Shown here: positions 53,871-62,226 of the stretch, one piece after another
Position numbering within the stretch: the stretch's first letter is position 1
Layout: each line of letters starts with the position of its first letter
Source of the DNA: a phage
Reading direction: 5' to 3' (one strand)
DNA: 64,000 bases
Sequence record: PZ338878.1
Position numbers and translations under genes: made by a program
Notes under the pieces: generated by a model
The model's input: only the letters and a program-made list of their open reading frames with translations
What the model was told of the DNA's origin: nothing
Databases searched by the model: none

Positions 53871-54215
53871 ATGTTGGCTGATATTGAAATCCTTATGTAC
53901 CGACAAGGTATGATCAAAATGTGGCTGGATTCTTTTAGCAACATATACTGCACAGTGCGATCAGCAGAGGAGCGTAAAACGCTTATTTTATCTGCTATTG
54001 TTGATAAACAACGTTTCTTCAAAGAAGTTTTGCAAACAGGCTTCTCCGATGCAGGAGTAGAGATTGCAACTCTTAGTCTTGGGGTGCTGTCTTACTTGGA
54101 GTCCGTTGTTTTATATGTCTTCTCTTTAGAAGAAGACTTGCAATTTGAAGCATTAAAACTTATCTTAGATGCTGCAATTGACATAGAACAAAATCGAATT
54201 GATTCTTTTGAATAA
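53871..54215 (+). CDS. hypothetical protein (114 aa)
   Basis: Trimmed in frame to ATG 53871 (MLADIEIL) directly after the upstream stop. Confidence 0.4.
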   Translation: MLADIEILMYRQGMIKMWLDSFSNIYCTVRSAEERKTLILSAIVDKQRFFKEVLQTGFSDAGVEIATLSLGVLSYLESVVLYVFSLEEDLQFEALKLILDAAIDIEQNRIDSFE

Positions 54216-54231
54216 AAATAAGGAGAAAACT

Positions 54232-54690
54232 ATGCAAGAGGTTAAACATTATCCACATGGTCGTAGTTTTGTAGCTGTATGGCATGTTCCTGCTCGTAAT
54301 GAACTATTTTGTGCATCTTTTCATTACAAAGATGGACAATATTTCACCTATGACGAGACGATGGATGATTTTATCCCAGAGTGCGATCATGGGTATACAC
54401 CAATGTTCTTTAAACGTATGAAAGCTCGTTTCTTCGTTACAGATGTTGATGGTGAACCTACTTGGCACATCGAAGAAGATTGGCAAGATTCTGTAGATAT
54501 TAAAGAAGCCCCAGAATGGGCTACACTGCTGGTACACGTCAAAACCCCTACCCTTGACGTTATGGCGTGGGTTAATCATGATGATACCCATTTCCAATAC
54601 ATAAATAGTAGCACAGAAATTTCTGGCGAGATTATTGGTCGTTGGAAGCCTACGAATCAGGTTGCTATTGTCGGGTATAAGACTGTATAA
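54232..54690 (+). CDS. hypothetical protein (152 aa)
   Basis: Trimmed in frame to ATG 54232 (MQEVKHY, AAGGAGAAAA upstream). Confidence 0.45.
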   Translation: MQEVKHYPHGRSFVAVWHVPARNELFCASFHYKDGQYFTYDETMDDFIPECDHGYTPMFFKRMKARFFVTDVDGEPTWHIEEDWQDSVDIKEAPEWATLLVHVKTPTLDVMAWVNHDDTHFQYINSSTEISGEIIGRWKPTNQVAIVGYKTV

Positions 54691-54691
54691 T

Positions 54692-54886
54692 ATGAAAAAT
54701 AGCGTAGATTGGGATGATTTATCCGATTTTGAAAAATGGTTCTTAGGCAGTGGTTGTTATGCAGATGGGGATCTCGAAAGAGATCCTTCTGGAAACTACA
54801 TTATGCCATTAACCCAAGGTTTTTATGAGTGCTGGTGCGCAGCACAAAACAACGTACTGAATAAGGAGACAACACAATGCAATTAA
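54692..54886 (+). CDS. hypothetical protein (64 aa)
   Basis: Trimmed in frame to ATG 54692 (MKNSVDWDD). Confidence 0.4.
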   Translation: MKNSVDWDDLSDFEKWFLGSGCYADGDLERDPSGNYIMPLTQGFYECWCAAQNNVLNKETTQCN

Positions 54887-55116
54887 ACATCGGACAACCA
54901 ATTTTTGATGAAGATACTGGTCAATATGCAGTGATTGTTGCTCGTATGAGTGGTGATGACTTTATTGTTTCAGAACTACTCGGATCAGATCCGCAACTGC
55001 GCGTAGTTTGTGACCTATATCTTCGAGACGAAAGTGATCGCATTGCACTGAAAGAAGATGGTATGCTCTACTACACCTGGACTAGAGATCCTGGGGTAAC
55101 GGAGGTAGAGGTATAA
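54877..55116 (+). CDS. hypothetical protein (79 aa)
   Basis: ORF track; SD AAGGAGAC. Confidence 0.4.
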   Translation: MQLNIGQPIFDEDTGQYAVIVARMSGDDFIVSELLGSDPQLRVVCDLYLRDESDRIALKEDGMLYYTWTRDPGVTEVEV

Positions 55117-55415
55117 TGGTAAGGAACAGGGGTTTACATAAAAGAAGACACCTTACTTACTGGCATCGTAAAGTACATGAACCTGTATCAAAGAAAGAAT
55201 GGCAATACCTGCCTTATGGAAAGGAGCGAAGAAAGTATTTGTTAGCTCATTTAAGGGTACATGGTTCGCTTCCTGTTAACAGTAAGTGGCAATTGCAAAC
55301 AGCTTATGACGAAGATATGAAATATTTGTTAAAGAGAGGTATTATTTGCCTTGTTAAGATAGGGCGATGGAAATCTCGTCAATCTTATATCGTACTTAAA
55401 CAGGAGAAACGATGA
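55116..55415 (+). CDS. hypothetical basic protein (99 aa)
   Basis: ORF track; SD GGAGG. Confidence 0.4.
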   Translation: MVRNRGLHKRRHLTYWHRKVHEPVSKKEWQYLPYGKERRKYLLAHLRVHGSLPVNSKWQLQTAYDEDMKYLLKRGIICLVKIGRWKSRQSYIVLKQEKR

Positions 55416-55663
55416 ATATCAAAGATGTTGTAGCCTACGTAGAAGATGAAGTTAAAAACCATACAAGTTTACTGAAAGTAATGGTTGTGGTTAAAAATGG
55501 TGTTGGACAAGTAAACGTACAACATGTCTTATCTGACACTGTATATAATGTGTTTGAATGTAAAGAAACACCTCATGGAGTACGTGTGGTTTATATTGAT
55601 AACAATTTCAAAGAATGTGTGAGACATACTTTAGAAAATGAACTAAGGATCACAATCCTATGA
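55412..55663 (+). CDS. hypothetical protein (83 aa)
   Basis: ORF track; SD CAGGAGAAA. Confidence 0.4.
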   Translation: MNIKDVVAYVEDEVKNHTSLLKVMVVVKNGVGQVNVQHVLSDTVYNVFECKETPHGVRVVYIDNNFKECVRHTLENELRITIL

Positions 55664-55833
55664 GTTATTATGTTGTACCTTATGCCAATAAGTGGAGAGT
55701 AAGAGAAACTTGTTTTCTATTCTCCTGGTGGGCTACATTCGGAGATGGTTGTGGAAATGATACAGGAAAGCCTGTAGAGTATGACACAAAAGAAGAATGT
55801 GAACAGTGGATAAAATTAACACAAAGATGTTGA
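55660..55833 (+). CDS. hypothetical protein (57 aa)
   Basis: Manual translation MSYYVVPYANKWRVRETCFLFSWWATFGDGCGND...; ATGA overlap with upstream stop. Confidence 0.3.
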   Translation: MSYYVVPYANKWRVRETCFLFSWWATFGDGCGNDTGKPVEYDTKEECEQWIKLTQRC

Positions 55834-55886
55834 CACGATCTTAACTTCTTGTTAGTATCAATGTGTACTAACGATAAGGAGGGTTC

Positions 55887-56111
55887 ATGAAGTTTGTAAA
55901 CAAGTTGCAACAATTTTTGTTATCAACAGCAATCTTTTTGCTTTTGTTAATTGGTATTCTGTATGGTGCAGCTAACTTATACAAGCTACACAACAATGTA
56001 GAACATAATATAGAGAAGTGCACCATTCTAAAACACAATAAACAAGCAGAAGATTTCTTAAAGAATAAGTGTTACAATTACGTTGATTATGAGGAGACAA
56101 ACAATGATTAA
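55887..56111 (+). CDS. small membrane-anchored protein (74 aa), paralog of 51530..51739
   Basis: ORF track; SD AAGGAGGG. Confidence 0.4.
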   Translation: MKFVNKLQQFLLSTAIFLLLLIGILYGAANLYKLHNNVEHNIEKCTILKHNKQAEDFLKNKCYNYVDYEETNND

Positions 56112-56346
56112 AGAATTAGGCATGCGAGTATACAGTGAGTGGACTCCAAGCAATGGCCCAGGAATTGTTGCAGCTAAGTGTATCAATGGTCGTATTGAGT
56201 ACCTGGAAGGTTATGAAGATAATGAAGAGTTAGTAGATTATGCTAAATCTTTTATTGAAGATGATACAGACTTTATTGTATTATATGATACAGGAGAGTT
56301 AGAGTATGGATATGATGGAGATGGGGATATCTTTGAACTTCAATAA
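56104..56346 (+). CDS. hypothetical protein (80 aa)
   Basis: Trimmed in frame to ATG 56104 (MIKELGMRVY, GAGGAG upstream). Confidence 0.4.
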   Translation: MIKELGMRVYSEWTPSNGPGIVAAKCINGRIEYLEGYEDNEELVDYAKSFIEDDTDFIVLYDTGELEYGYDGDGDIFELQ

Positions 56347-56439
56347 GAGTAGTAAGTAAGATATAAAGAGTATATAGTTAGTTATAGAGTTAGTAACATT
56401 ACATATACTCTTTCCATGTATAACATGGAATATTCTCTA

Positions 56440-56495
56440 CCTCGCTATCGCTCGGTATATAAGATTAGGGTAGCATGTTTTTTACGAAAAGTAAA
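56440..56495 (+). repeat. copy B of dispersed conserved element (core TTAGGGTAGCATGTTTTT)
   Basis: Identical 18-mer to 29303-29320, with similar upstream ctcgctatcgctcgg. Confidence 0.5.
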
Positions 56496-56553
56496 ACTGT
56501 TTGTACCGATTGATAGCAGGTTTTTAATAGATTTCATCTATGAGGAGTAGAAA

Positions 56554-56772
56554 GTGTACAAATTATATAAAGCAAAAGATAAGTTTACGGGTAATACATC
56601 TGGTTTCTATGTAACACCTCGTGGTGTTGCTGTGTTCGATTGGATCTCTGGTACTCCAGATCGTGAAATGATCTCTCTTGTAAAACTGTCGGAACAAGAG
56701 TACACTTACGGTGACATTACAACATTCTATTCTCGTGCAGAAAATCCAAAACTGATCGCGGAGTGGGAATAA
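56554..56772 (+). CDS. hypothetical protein (72 aa), GTG start
   Basis: ORF track; GAGGAG 7 nt upstream of the GTG. Confidence 0.4.
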   Translation: MYKLYKAKDKFTGNTSGFYVTPRGVAVFDWISGTPDREMISLVKLSEQEYTYGDITTFYSRAENPKLIAEWE

Positions 56773-57035
56773 TGGTTACACGATATGGCTTAGAGGTGTA
56801 CAGCCAAGGTGCTGCTGGTCAATGTGATATTGTACCAGATCCAGAAGGGGATTATGTTCTTCTTGCTGATTACAATAAGCTAGAAGAAAGACTTCTGGCT
56901 GTGTATGCTAAAGAGAACAAAACAATCTGCCCTTATTGCAGTGGAATGGGTTGGGTGGTTGCAGATGTTGGACAAATGTACGAATGTGTGCCTTGTAAAA
57001 CCACAGGATTTATTGAAAAGGATACTGACAAATGA
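56772..57035 (+). CDS. hypothetical protein (87 aa), paralog of 52044..52268
   Basis: Trimmed in frame to ATG 56772 (MVTRYGLEVY); Cys-rich C-terminus CPYCSG...CVPCKT. Confidence 0.4.
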   Translation: MVTRYGLEVYSQGAAGQCDIVPDPEGDYVLLADYNKLEERLLAVYAKENKTICPYCSGMGWVVADVGQMYECVPCKTTGFIEKDTDK

Positions 57036-57280
57036 CTGTAGCAGATAAAATGAGAGAACTAGCAGAAAACGCAGAACTTAACAAAGCAAAGGATAGTCTA
57101 CAAAGTATCTACTCGTATATTGAGAGAGCAGCTAAAGATGGAGACAGAGAAGTTGCTATATACACGCTTTATCCAACTTTTGTAAAAGTTAACTTGGATG
57201 CTGAAGGTTTTTCAACTTTTATTGATACAGAAACATCTCATTACGACGAAAACTTTACTCGAATAGTTATTCGATGGTAA
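57032..57280 (+). CDS. hypothetical protein (82 aa)
   Basis: ORF track. Confidence 0.4.
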   Translation: MTVADKMRELAENAELNKAKDSLQSIYSYIERAAKDGDREVAIYTLYPTFVKVNLDAEGFSTFIDTETSHYDENFTRIVIRW

Positions 57281-57385
57281 ATTTCTGATATTTATGCGCC
57301 CTGGCTACCTGGGCGTAATAAATTCAGCTTATATTTGATCCGCGCCTTCGGCGCTTAGGCAAAGCCACGCCACACAGGAGGGTTT

Positions 57386-57796
57386 ATGTTCAAATGGTTA
57401 AAAGGGTTTCTAACATCTTTGGCAGAACCTAAGCAAGATGTTATTAAAAGCTCTATCACAGGAAAACCGCTTGTTATAGTTACAGGCGGCTTTGGTCATG
57501 GGTTTTCTCTTAAACAAACAGATATAGGTTTACAGGGGTGTCTGATTAGCTTTAGAATCACTCAATTAGGAGATAATAGACAAACAATATTAGATCTTTT
57601 CAATGGGGAGTTTGATGATTATTTATCTAAGAGTGATAAAGAACGTCTGATCGAGCATATAAAACACCGCTATGAGCGTGGTGGTTACTATTTAGAGACA
57701 AAACGTAATTCACAAGGTGATCTTGACATAGTTAGCATAGCGTGGGATAATGAATTTAAAACTAAACTTGGTAAACTTCTGGAGGAGTTATGGTAA
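57386..57796 (+). CDS. hypothetical protein (136 aa)
   Basis: ORF track; SD AGGAGGG. Confidence 0.45.
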   Translation: MFKWLKGFLTSLAEPKQDVIKSSITGKPLVIVTGGFGHGFSLKQTDIGLQGCLISFRITQLGDNRQTILDLFNGEFDDYLSKSDKERLIEHIKHRYERGGYYLETKRNSQGDLDIVSIAWDNEFKTKLGKLLEELW

Positions 57797-57972
57797 ATAT
57801 TAAAACAGGTGATATTGTACGTCTTGCCAGCGAAGAAATGTTAATGACTGTAATGGTATCTACTTACGATACTTGCGAAGTGGTGTGGTTTGATGTTAAT
57901 GAGCAACTACAGAAAGCTACATTTGATAAACGTATGCTTCGTAAAGTTGAAGAAGTGAAGGAGGAAGAATAA
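57790..57972 (+). CDS. hypothetical protein (60 aa)
   Basis: ORF track; SD GGAGGAG. Confidence 0.4.
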   Translation: MVNIKTGDIVRLASEEMLMTVMVSTYDTCEVVWFDVNEQLQKATFDKRMLRKVEEVKEEE

Positions 57973-57973
57973 T

Positions 57974-58186
57974 ATGGGAATGTTGCTTCGTGTTTTTGTG
58001 TTTCTTATGTTCTGGATTATCGTTGGTAACGGTATTGTATTTTTGATTTTTCCTGAAGTGATGACAGGTAATGAAAATAAGGCAGTGCCTTACATTATGC
58101 TTATCGGTTACGGTATTGGTACACTTGGACTACTGTTTGCTGATTGGTTAATCAATACTTTGTTCTCTAAGTACAGGAACAACTAA
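57974..58186 (+). CDS. small membrane protein (70 aa)
   Basis: ORF track; hydrophobic; SD GGAGGAAGAA. Confidence 0.4.
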   Translation: MGMLLRVFVFLMFWIIVGNGIVFLIFPEVMTGNENKAVPYIMLIGYGIGTLGLLFADWLINTLFSKYRNN

Positions 58187-58187
58187 T

Positions 58188-58460
58188 ATGTCGGAAAACT
58201 TACCTAATGTTTTCTTTTGTTTTGTAGATTGTGTTACACAAGAAATTATAGTTGACGAAGAAGGTATGTTTACTTATTTTGCATCTGAAGAAGAGGCAAA
58301 ACTATCAGCTATGAAATGTATAAGCCAAATGTCAGTACCTGCTGTCAACAGGTTCGGTATTGCCCAGGTGTATAAAACAGTAACAGAGTTTACACCAGAT
58401 CGAAAACTAACTTTTCTTAACGTTCACTTTGTTTGTAAGTTTAGTGAACTACGACATTAA
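58188..58460 (+). CDS. hypothetical protein (90 aa)
   Basis: ORF track. Confidence 0.4.
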   Translation: MSENLPNVFFCFVDCVTQEIIVDEEGMFTYFASEEEAKLSAMKCISQMSVPAVNRFGIAQVYKTVTEFTPDRKLTFLNVHFVCKFSELRH

Positions 58461-58474
58461 AAGCAGGAGTAAAA

Positions 58475-59074
58475 ATGAAAGAATATTGGAGTGGTGAGAA
58501 GGGCTTGCTAAAGCCAGGGATGCTTTTGCGAGTAAAGAACATGTTGATCACACAAGATTACATAATGCCTAATCCTGGAGCATTAGTAGAATTCCTTACT
58601 GCGCGAGATCAACCTGGGGTTGGTGAAATGTGGATTGTAACGTGGATATCTCTCGATAGTAAATTGCGCGTTGCTCCTATTGACCCAAAACACTTGGAAT
58701 CTCCTTACGCCAGCGTTGATTCTCGGATCATAGATTTGGCTAGAGTTTATAAGGCTAGGACTGGTGTAGAATTAGATGTAGAAATTTTAAATCAATGTAT
58801 TGACTTCTTACCTGAAAAAGTGCATAATGCACAACAAGAAGATAGCGGTTTAGAAGTTATTCTTCTGAATGATGGGATGTTCTCTGGTCTGGCATCTGTA
58901 GATTTTCCAATAACATTAAGATTGTTACCTGGGGAATACGTACTGGATGAAGATACTATTGCTATATCCTCTAAAATTTTAGAACTCATTCCAGGTGCAA
59001 GGTGTGTTGGTGATACATCTTCCTTGCTGTTTACTCTGAATGAAGAAGCCATTATAGTTAAAAAGGAGAAGTAA
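58475..59074 (+). CDS. hypothetical protein (199 aa)
   Basis: ORF track; SD CAGGAG. Confidence 0.45.
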   Translation: MKEYWSGEKGLLKPGMLLRVKNMLITQDYIMPNPGALVEFLTARDQPGVGEMWIVTWISLDSKLRVAPIDPKHLESPYASVDSRIIDLARVYKARTGVELDVEILNQCIDFLPEKVHNAQQEDSGLEVILLNDGMFSGLASVDFPITLRLLPGEYVLDEDTIAISSKILELIPGARCVGDTSSLLFTLNEEAIIVKKEK

Positions 59075-59180
59075 ATGATGACGTTTATTGTTGGTGTTGT
59101 TGTTGGTTATTTTGGTCACAAGTATCAAGATGTTATCATCGCTAAAGTTGACGAAGTAATCGAAAAATTTAAACACTAAT
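59075..59180 (+). CDS. small membrane peptide (34 aa)
   Basis: Manual translation MMTFIVGVVVGYFGHKYQDVIIAKVDEVIEKFKH; AAGGAGAAG upstream. Confidence 0.25.
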
Positions 59181-59230
59181 TTTCTAAAAGGCTGTACTAT
59201 TGTGCAGCCTATCTTTCAAAGGAGAGTAAA

Positions 59231-59404
59231 ATGTTCAAAGATACCAATTATAAATGTGTACATTGTGGTAAATCTTTTGGTGATCACCAAGCTAAGACGT
59301 TCAATTGTCCACGAAAAGGGCGAGGTAGCTTTAAAGGTTTTAATCCATCCCACGTTTATTCTCCCAACTACGAGAAACCAGAAGAAGAAAAATTTGTAAT
59401 CTGA
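59231..59404 (+). CDS. small zinc-ribbon protein (57 aa)
   Basis: Manual translation MFKDTNYKCVHCGKSFGDHQAKTFNCPRKGRGSF...; SD AAAGGAGAG. Confidence 0.35.
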   Translation: MFKDTNYKCVHCGKSFGDHQAKTFNCPRKGRGSFKGFNPSHVYSPNYEKPEEEKFVI

Positions 59405-59413
59405 GGAGGCAAT

Positions 59414-59701
59414 ATGGAACTAGTACAAGAAGTTTATGAAAAACTAAAAGAAGAGAATCTTGATTGGCCTGAACATGCTCTTATTGTCGTCAAAGATACT
59501 AATGGTGAAATAAAATTCTCAAGTGTAAGTGAAGATGATGTTGTTTTAAGTCCTACAGGATATTATATGAGAGGTGTTACGTGTCTATTCAACACCAAAG
59601 TGTATCCTGAAGTTAAACTTAGTTGCGGTGAACCTGATCATCCAGAAATCGTTACACGTAATGAATATGAAAATTATTATTTTGCTCGTGAAAGCAAATA
59701 A
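59414..59701 (+). CDS. hypothetical protein (95 aa)
   Basis: ORF track; SD GAGGAGG. Confidence 0.4.
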   Translation: MELVQEVYEKLKEENLDWPEHALIVVKDTNGEIKFSSVSEDDVVLSPTGYYMRGVTCLFNTKVYPEVKLSCGEPDHPEIVTRNEYENYYFARESK

Positions 59702-59709
59702 GGAAAACT

Positions 59710-60033
59710 ATGCAAAAAATAAACACCGGTTCTCGTCCTAAACAGAAGCAAACAAAAGCAAGGGTATCTTATGTTGATAACTCTTGTTATAATTTCAAAA
59801 ATGTTAAAGAAGTTATCATTGACGAAAAAGAAGGTTTGATTCACATTTCATCTGAACGTTTGAAAGGTAGTGTTACTATTCGTGAGAATGTATCTGTACC
59901 TATGAAAGTCGTGGCTACACTCTGTGTTGATAAACCAGATGTTGTTAACTACTATGTGTTCCGTGATAACTGTATTGCATTACATAATAAGATTTTTAAA
60001 TCTTCGCACGTTAAAACAAAACACATTGTATAA
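59710..60033 (+). CDS. hypothetical protein (107 aa)
   Basis: ORF track; SD AAGGAAAA. Confidence 0.4.
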   Translation: MQKINTGSRPKQKQTKARVSYVDNSCYNFKNVKEVIIDEKEGLIHISSERLKGSVTIRENVSVPMKVVATLCVDKPDVVNYYVFRDNCIALHNKIFKSSHVKTKHIV

Positions 60034-60039
60034 CACATA

Positions 60040-60066
60040 AACCCGCTTCGGCGGGTTTTCTTGTAT
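60040..60066 (+). terminator. intrinsic terminator (duplicate of 34241-34264)
   Basis: acccgc-ttcg-gcgggt hairpin followed by TTTTCTTG. Confidence 0.65.
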
Positions 60067-60118
60067 ATACGCTCTTTATCTGTTATAAACACTTTTACCA
60101 TAAACAATAGGAGGTATT

Positions 60119-60340
60119 ATGTCTGTAGTTGTAGAAGGTAGTATTGGTTTCTTAGTAGATAACCCTCACCCTTTCGTGGTTAAGGTTCATATTCAAGAAA
60201 AGGTAAGCAACAATACGTGGCTGTGCTTGTTAGATAGTAAGATACACTCTTATACAGAGGTTTATCTTCACACTTGGCAAATTGGTACAATAACAGCAGA
60301 GGATGAATTGATAATTGAACTATATGAACGAGATCTATAG
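60119..60340 (+). CDS. hypothetical protein (73 aa)
   Basis: ORF track; SD AGGAGGT. Confidence 0.4.
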   Translation: MSVVVEGSIGFLVDNPHPFVVKVHIQEKVSNNTWLCLLDSKIHSYTEVYLHTWQIGTITAEDELIIELYERDL

Positions 60341-60415
60341 ATGACTTTACTAGAGAGTATTGTAGTGTTAATCATCTTTATCATTATTGTCATAGGATAT
60401 TTTACAGAAGACTAA
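60341..60415 (+). CDS. micro-ORF, hydrophobic peptide (24 aa)
   Basis: Manual translation MTLLESIVVLIIFIIIVIGYFTED; start abuts the upstream stop. Confidence 0.2.
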   Translation: MTLLESIVVLIIFIIIVIGYFTED

Positions 60416-60420
60416 AATAA

Positions 60421-60455
60421 AGCCCCTAGAATCGCTTCTAGGGGCTTTTGTTTGC
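60421..60455 (+). terminator. intrinsic terminator at end of rightward operon
   Basis: gcccctag-aatcgctt-ctaggggc hairpin followed by TTTTGTTT. Confidence 0.6.
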
Positions 60456-60515
60456 ATTAGGTAGGGAAACGTATTACTAAAATAAAAAGTGCGTTAGAAT
60501 GCGTTACAGGAGGTT

Positions 60516-60773
60516 TTAGGAATGCATAAAATCTTCTTCAGGGCAGGTTGAGAGATAAGAGATGCACGTTGGGACAACAACAACATTGTCTTTAAGGTTT
60601 TCAACCAAGCCTTTTGTAATCCCAGCCACTGCCCCGTTAATATCTGCTTGACGGATACCAAAGCCTTGTTGTGCGGATAGGTAACAAAATCCCTCGCCTT
60701 TCTGTTGATTGTTATTGAAGTAATAAACGTAGTGCATCATAAAATGGTCTTTAACGATTTGTTCTGTGGTCAT
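60516..60773 (-). CDS. hypothetical protein (85 aa)
   Basis: ORF track; SD AGGAG. Confidence 0.4.
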   Translation of the reverse strand: MTTEQIVKDHFMMHYVYYFNNNQQKGEGFCYLSAQQGFGIRQADINGAVAGITKGLVENLKDNVVVVPTCISYLSTCPEEDFMHS

Positions 60774-60782
60774 AATATTCTC

Positions 60783-60809
60783 CTATAAGAAAAGGGGCTT
60801 TCGCCCCCT
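60783..60809 (-). terminator. putative intrinsic terminator after Sir2 gene
   Basis: aagggggc-gaaa-gcccctt hairpin followed by a weak U-run on the minus strand. Confidence 0.4.
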
Positions 60810-60817
60810 TGGTTAAG

Positions 60818-61630
60818 TTATTTAGTCAAATGATCTTCTATCATTTTTATGAAAGCAGGATTGCTAAAAGCATCTGCGGCTTTTTCTCGATAAACAAAGA
60901 CTCCTCTATCTTCGTAAAGAAGAGTTTCTTCGTAATTAATTCCTGGGTTAACAACAATCATTTTTGTACCCATATTAAGTGCAGGGAATAATTCCCAATT
61001 AAAATTGATAACTTGGTTTGAACATCCTACTACAACAACCAAATCTTGCATGGTCAAAGTATCAAACAAGTGAGCCATATCTGCATACAAAGGTGCAGCC
61101 TCACCAAAAAATACAACATTAGGCTTCACCCAGTTATAATCATCTATGTTTATGCTGTTGTAACCAATATCTACCAGTGTTTTGTAATCTCCAGGATGCA
61201 TACGGTAAACTACTTCAGGAAGATATCCGTGCACGTGAATAACCGAATCTCTGTCTACACCTGCTCGCTCTAGTAGATCATCAACGTTTGTTGTCAAGTT
61301 TACTACTTGGTTAGGATATTCCTTAAACCACTTTGCTATTTGAATATGTGCAGCATTAGGTTGTACATCTTTAAGCTCAACACGTCTTTTGTTATAAAAT
61401 TCGTGTGTTTTGGCATACAAATCCATACCGTTTTCGTCTACACCACCAACCACTGGAAGATCTGGAGATGTTCTCACACGATAACCTGCTTGGAAAGCTC
61501 CAATATTGCAGACCTCTTCTAAATCATATTCTTCCCATAAAGCACGACCACTATCTGTGTCTGTTCGGAATGTTCGAATCCCACTGTCTGCACTTAAACC
61601 AGCTCCACTAACAAAAATTACTCTTCGCAT
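60818..61630 (-). CDS. Sir2-family protein (sirtuin-like; NAD-dependent deacylase, ADP-ribosyltransferase or NADase)
   Basis: 270 aa; GAGLSADSGIRTFR, TTNVDDL, catalytic VIHVHGYL, VVVGCS; lacks the CxxC zinc-ribbon pairs of canonical sirtuins; SD GAGGA. Confidence 0.75.
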   Translation of the reverse strand: MRRVIFVSGAGLSADSGIRTFRTDTDSGRALWEEYDLEEVCNIGAFQAGYRVRTSPDLPVVGGVDENGMDLYAKTHEFYNKRRVELKDVQPNAAHIQIAKWFKEYPNQVVNLTTNVDDLLERAGVDRDSVIHVHGYLPEVVYRMHPGDYKTLVDIGYNSINIDDYNWVKPNVVFFGEAAPLYADMAHLFDTLTMQDLVVVVGCSNQVINFNWELFPALNMGTKMIVVNPGINYEETLLYEDRGVFVYREKAADAFSNPAFIKMIEDHLTK

Positions 61631-62172
61631 TCAATATCCTCTTCGTAATCATCATACCAAGAAGATGCGTCGTAACGCTCTTCCTCTTCGAAATCCCAAT
61701 TAATTTCTACTCCAAAATCTAAAAACAATTTAACAATGTTTTCTGTAGAATAGTATTTATCATAAGCGTTAGCTAGTTCCCAATACTTATCACTCAATTT
61801 TTTATAATTAGGATCATTGTAATCATGAGCTACTTTATCACCATAATCATACATCTCTTCTTCAGCTTTAAGCATAGCTTCTGGTGTAAGAAGATTAGGG
61901 AACGGACGATTTCTTTCTTTTAACTTAGAAGCAATCCAGTTTGCAACATTCGCCACTTCACCATCTCGATTATCACCTAAACAACTTGCATAATCTCCAT
62001 CTTCGTAAGTGCCTAAATCCCCACTGACTTCATGTACAATAGATGAATACGATCCACACGTTTCACAATCTGAAAAAGTGTCTACTGTTGTAATATCAAT
62101 AGATAAAACTGGTAAAGCCATAGCTTCTTTCACACAAGCCTCCTCATATAATAACATATCATCAAAACCCAT
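61618..62172 (-). CDS. hypothetical acidic protein (184 aa)
   Basis: Track TTG start trimmed in frame to ATG 62172 (MGFDDMLLY, GGAGGA upstream). Confidence 0.4.
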   Translation of the reverse strand: MGFDDMLLYEEACVKEAMALPVLSIDITTVDTFSDCETCGSYSSIVHEVSGDLGTYEDGDYASCLGDNRDGEVANVANWIASKLKERNRPFPNLLTPEAMLKAEEEMYDYGDKVAHDYNDPNYKKLSDKYWELANAYDKYYSTENIVKLFLDFGVEINWDFEEEERYDASSWYDDYEEDIECEE

Positions 62173-62183
62173 ATATCCTCCAG

Positions 62184-62209
62184 ACAAATAAAGCCCCTGG
62201 TTGGGGCTT
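62184..62209 (-). terminator. intrinsic terminator
   Basis: aagcccc-tggtt-ggggctt hairpin followed by UAUUUGU on the minus strand. Confidence 0.5.
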
Positions 62210-62226
62210 TGGTTAAGTTTTACAGA

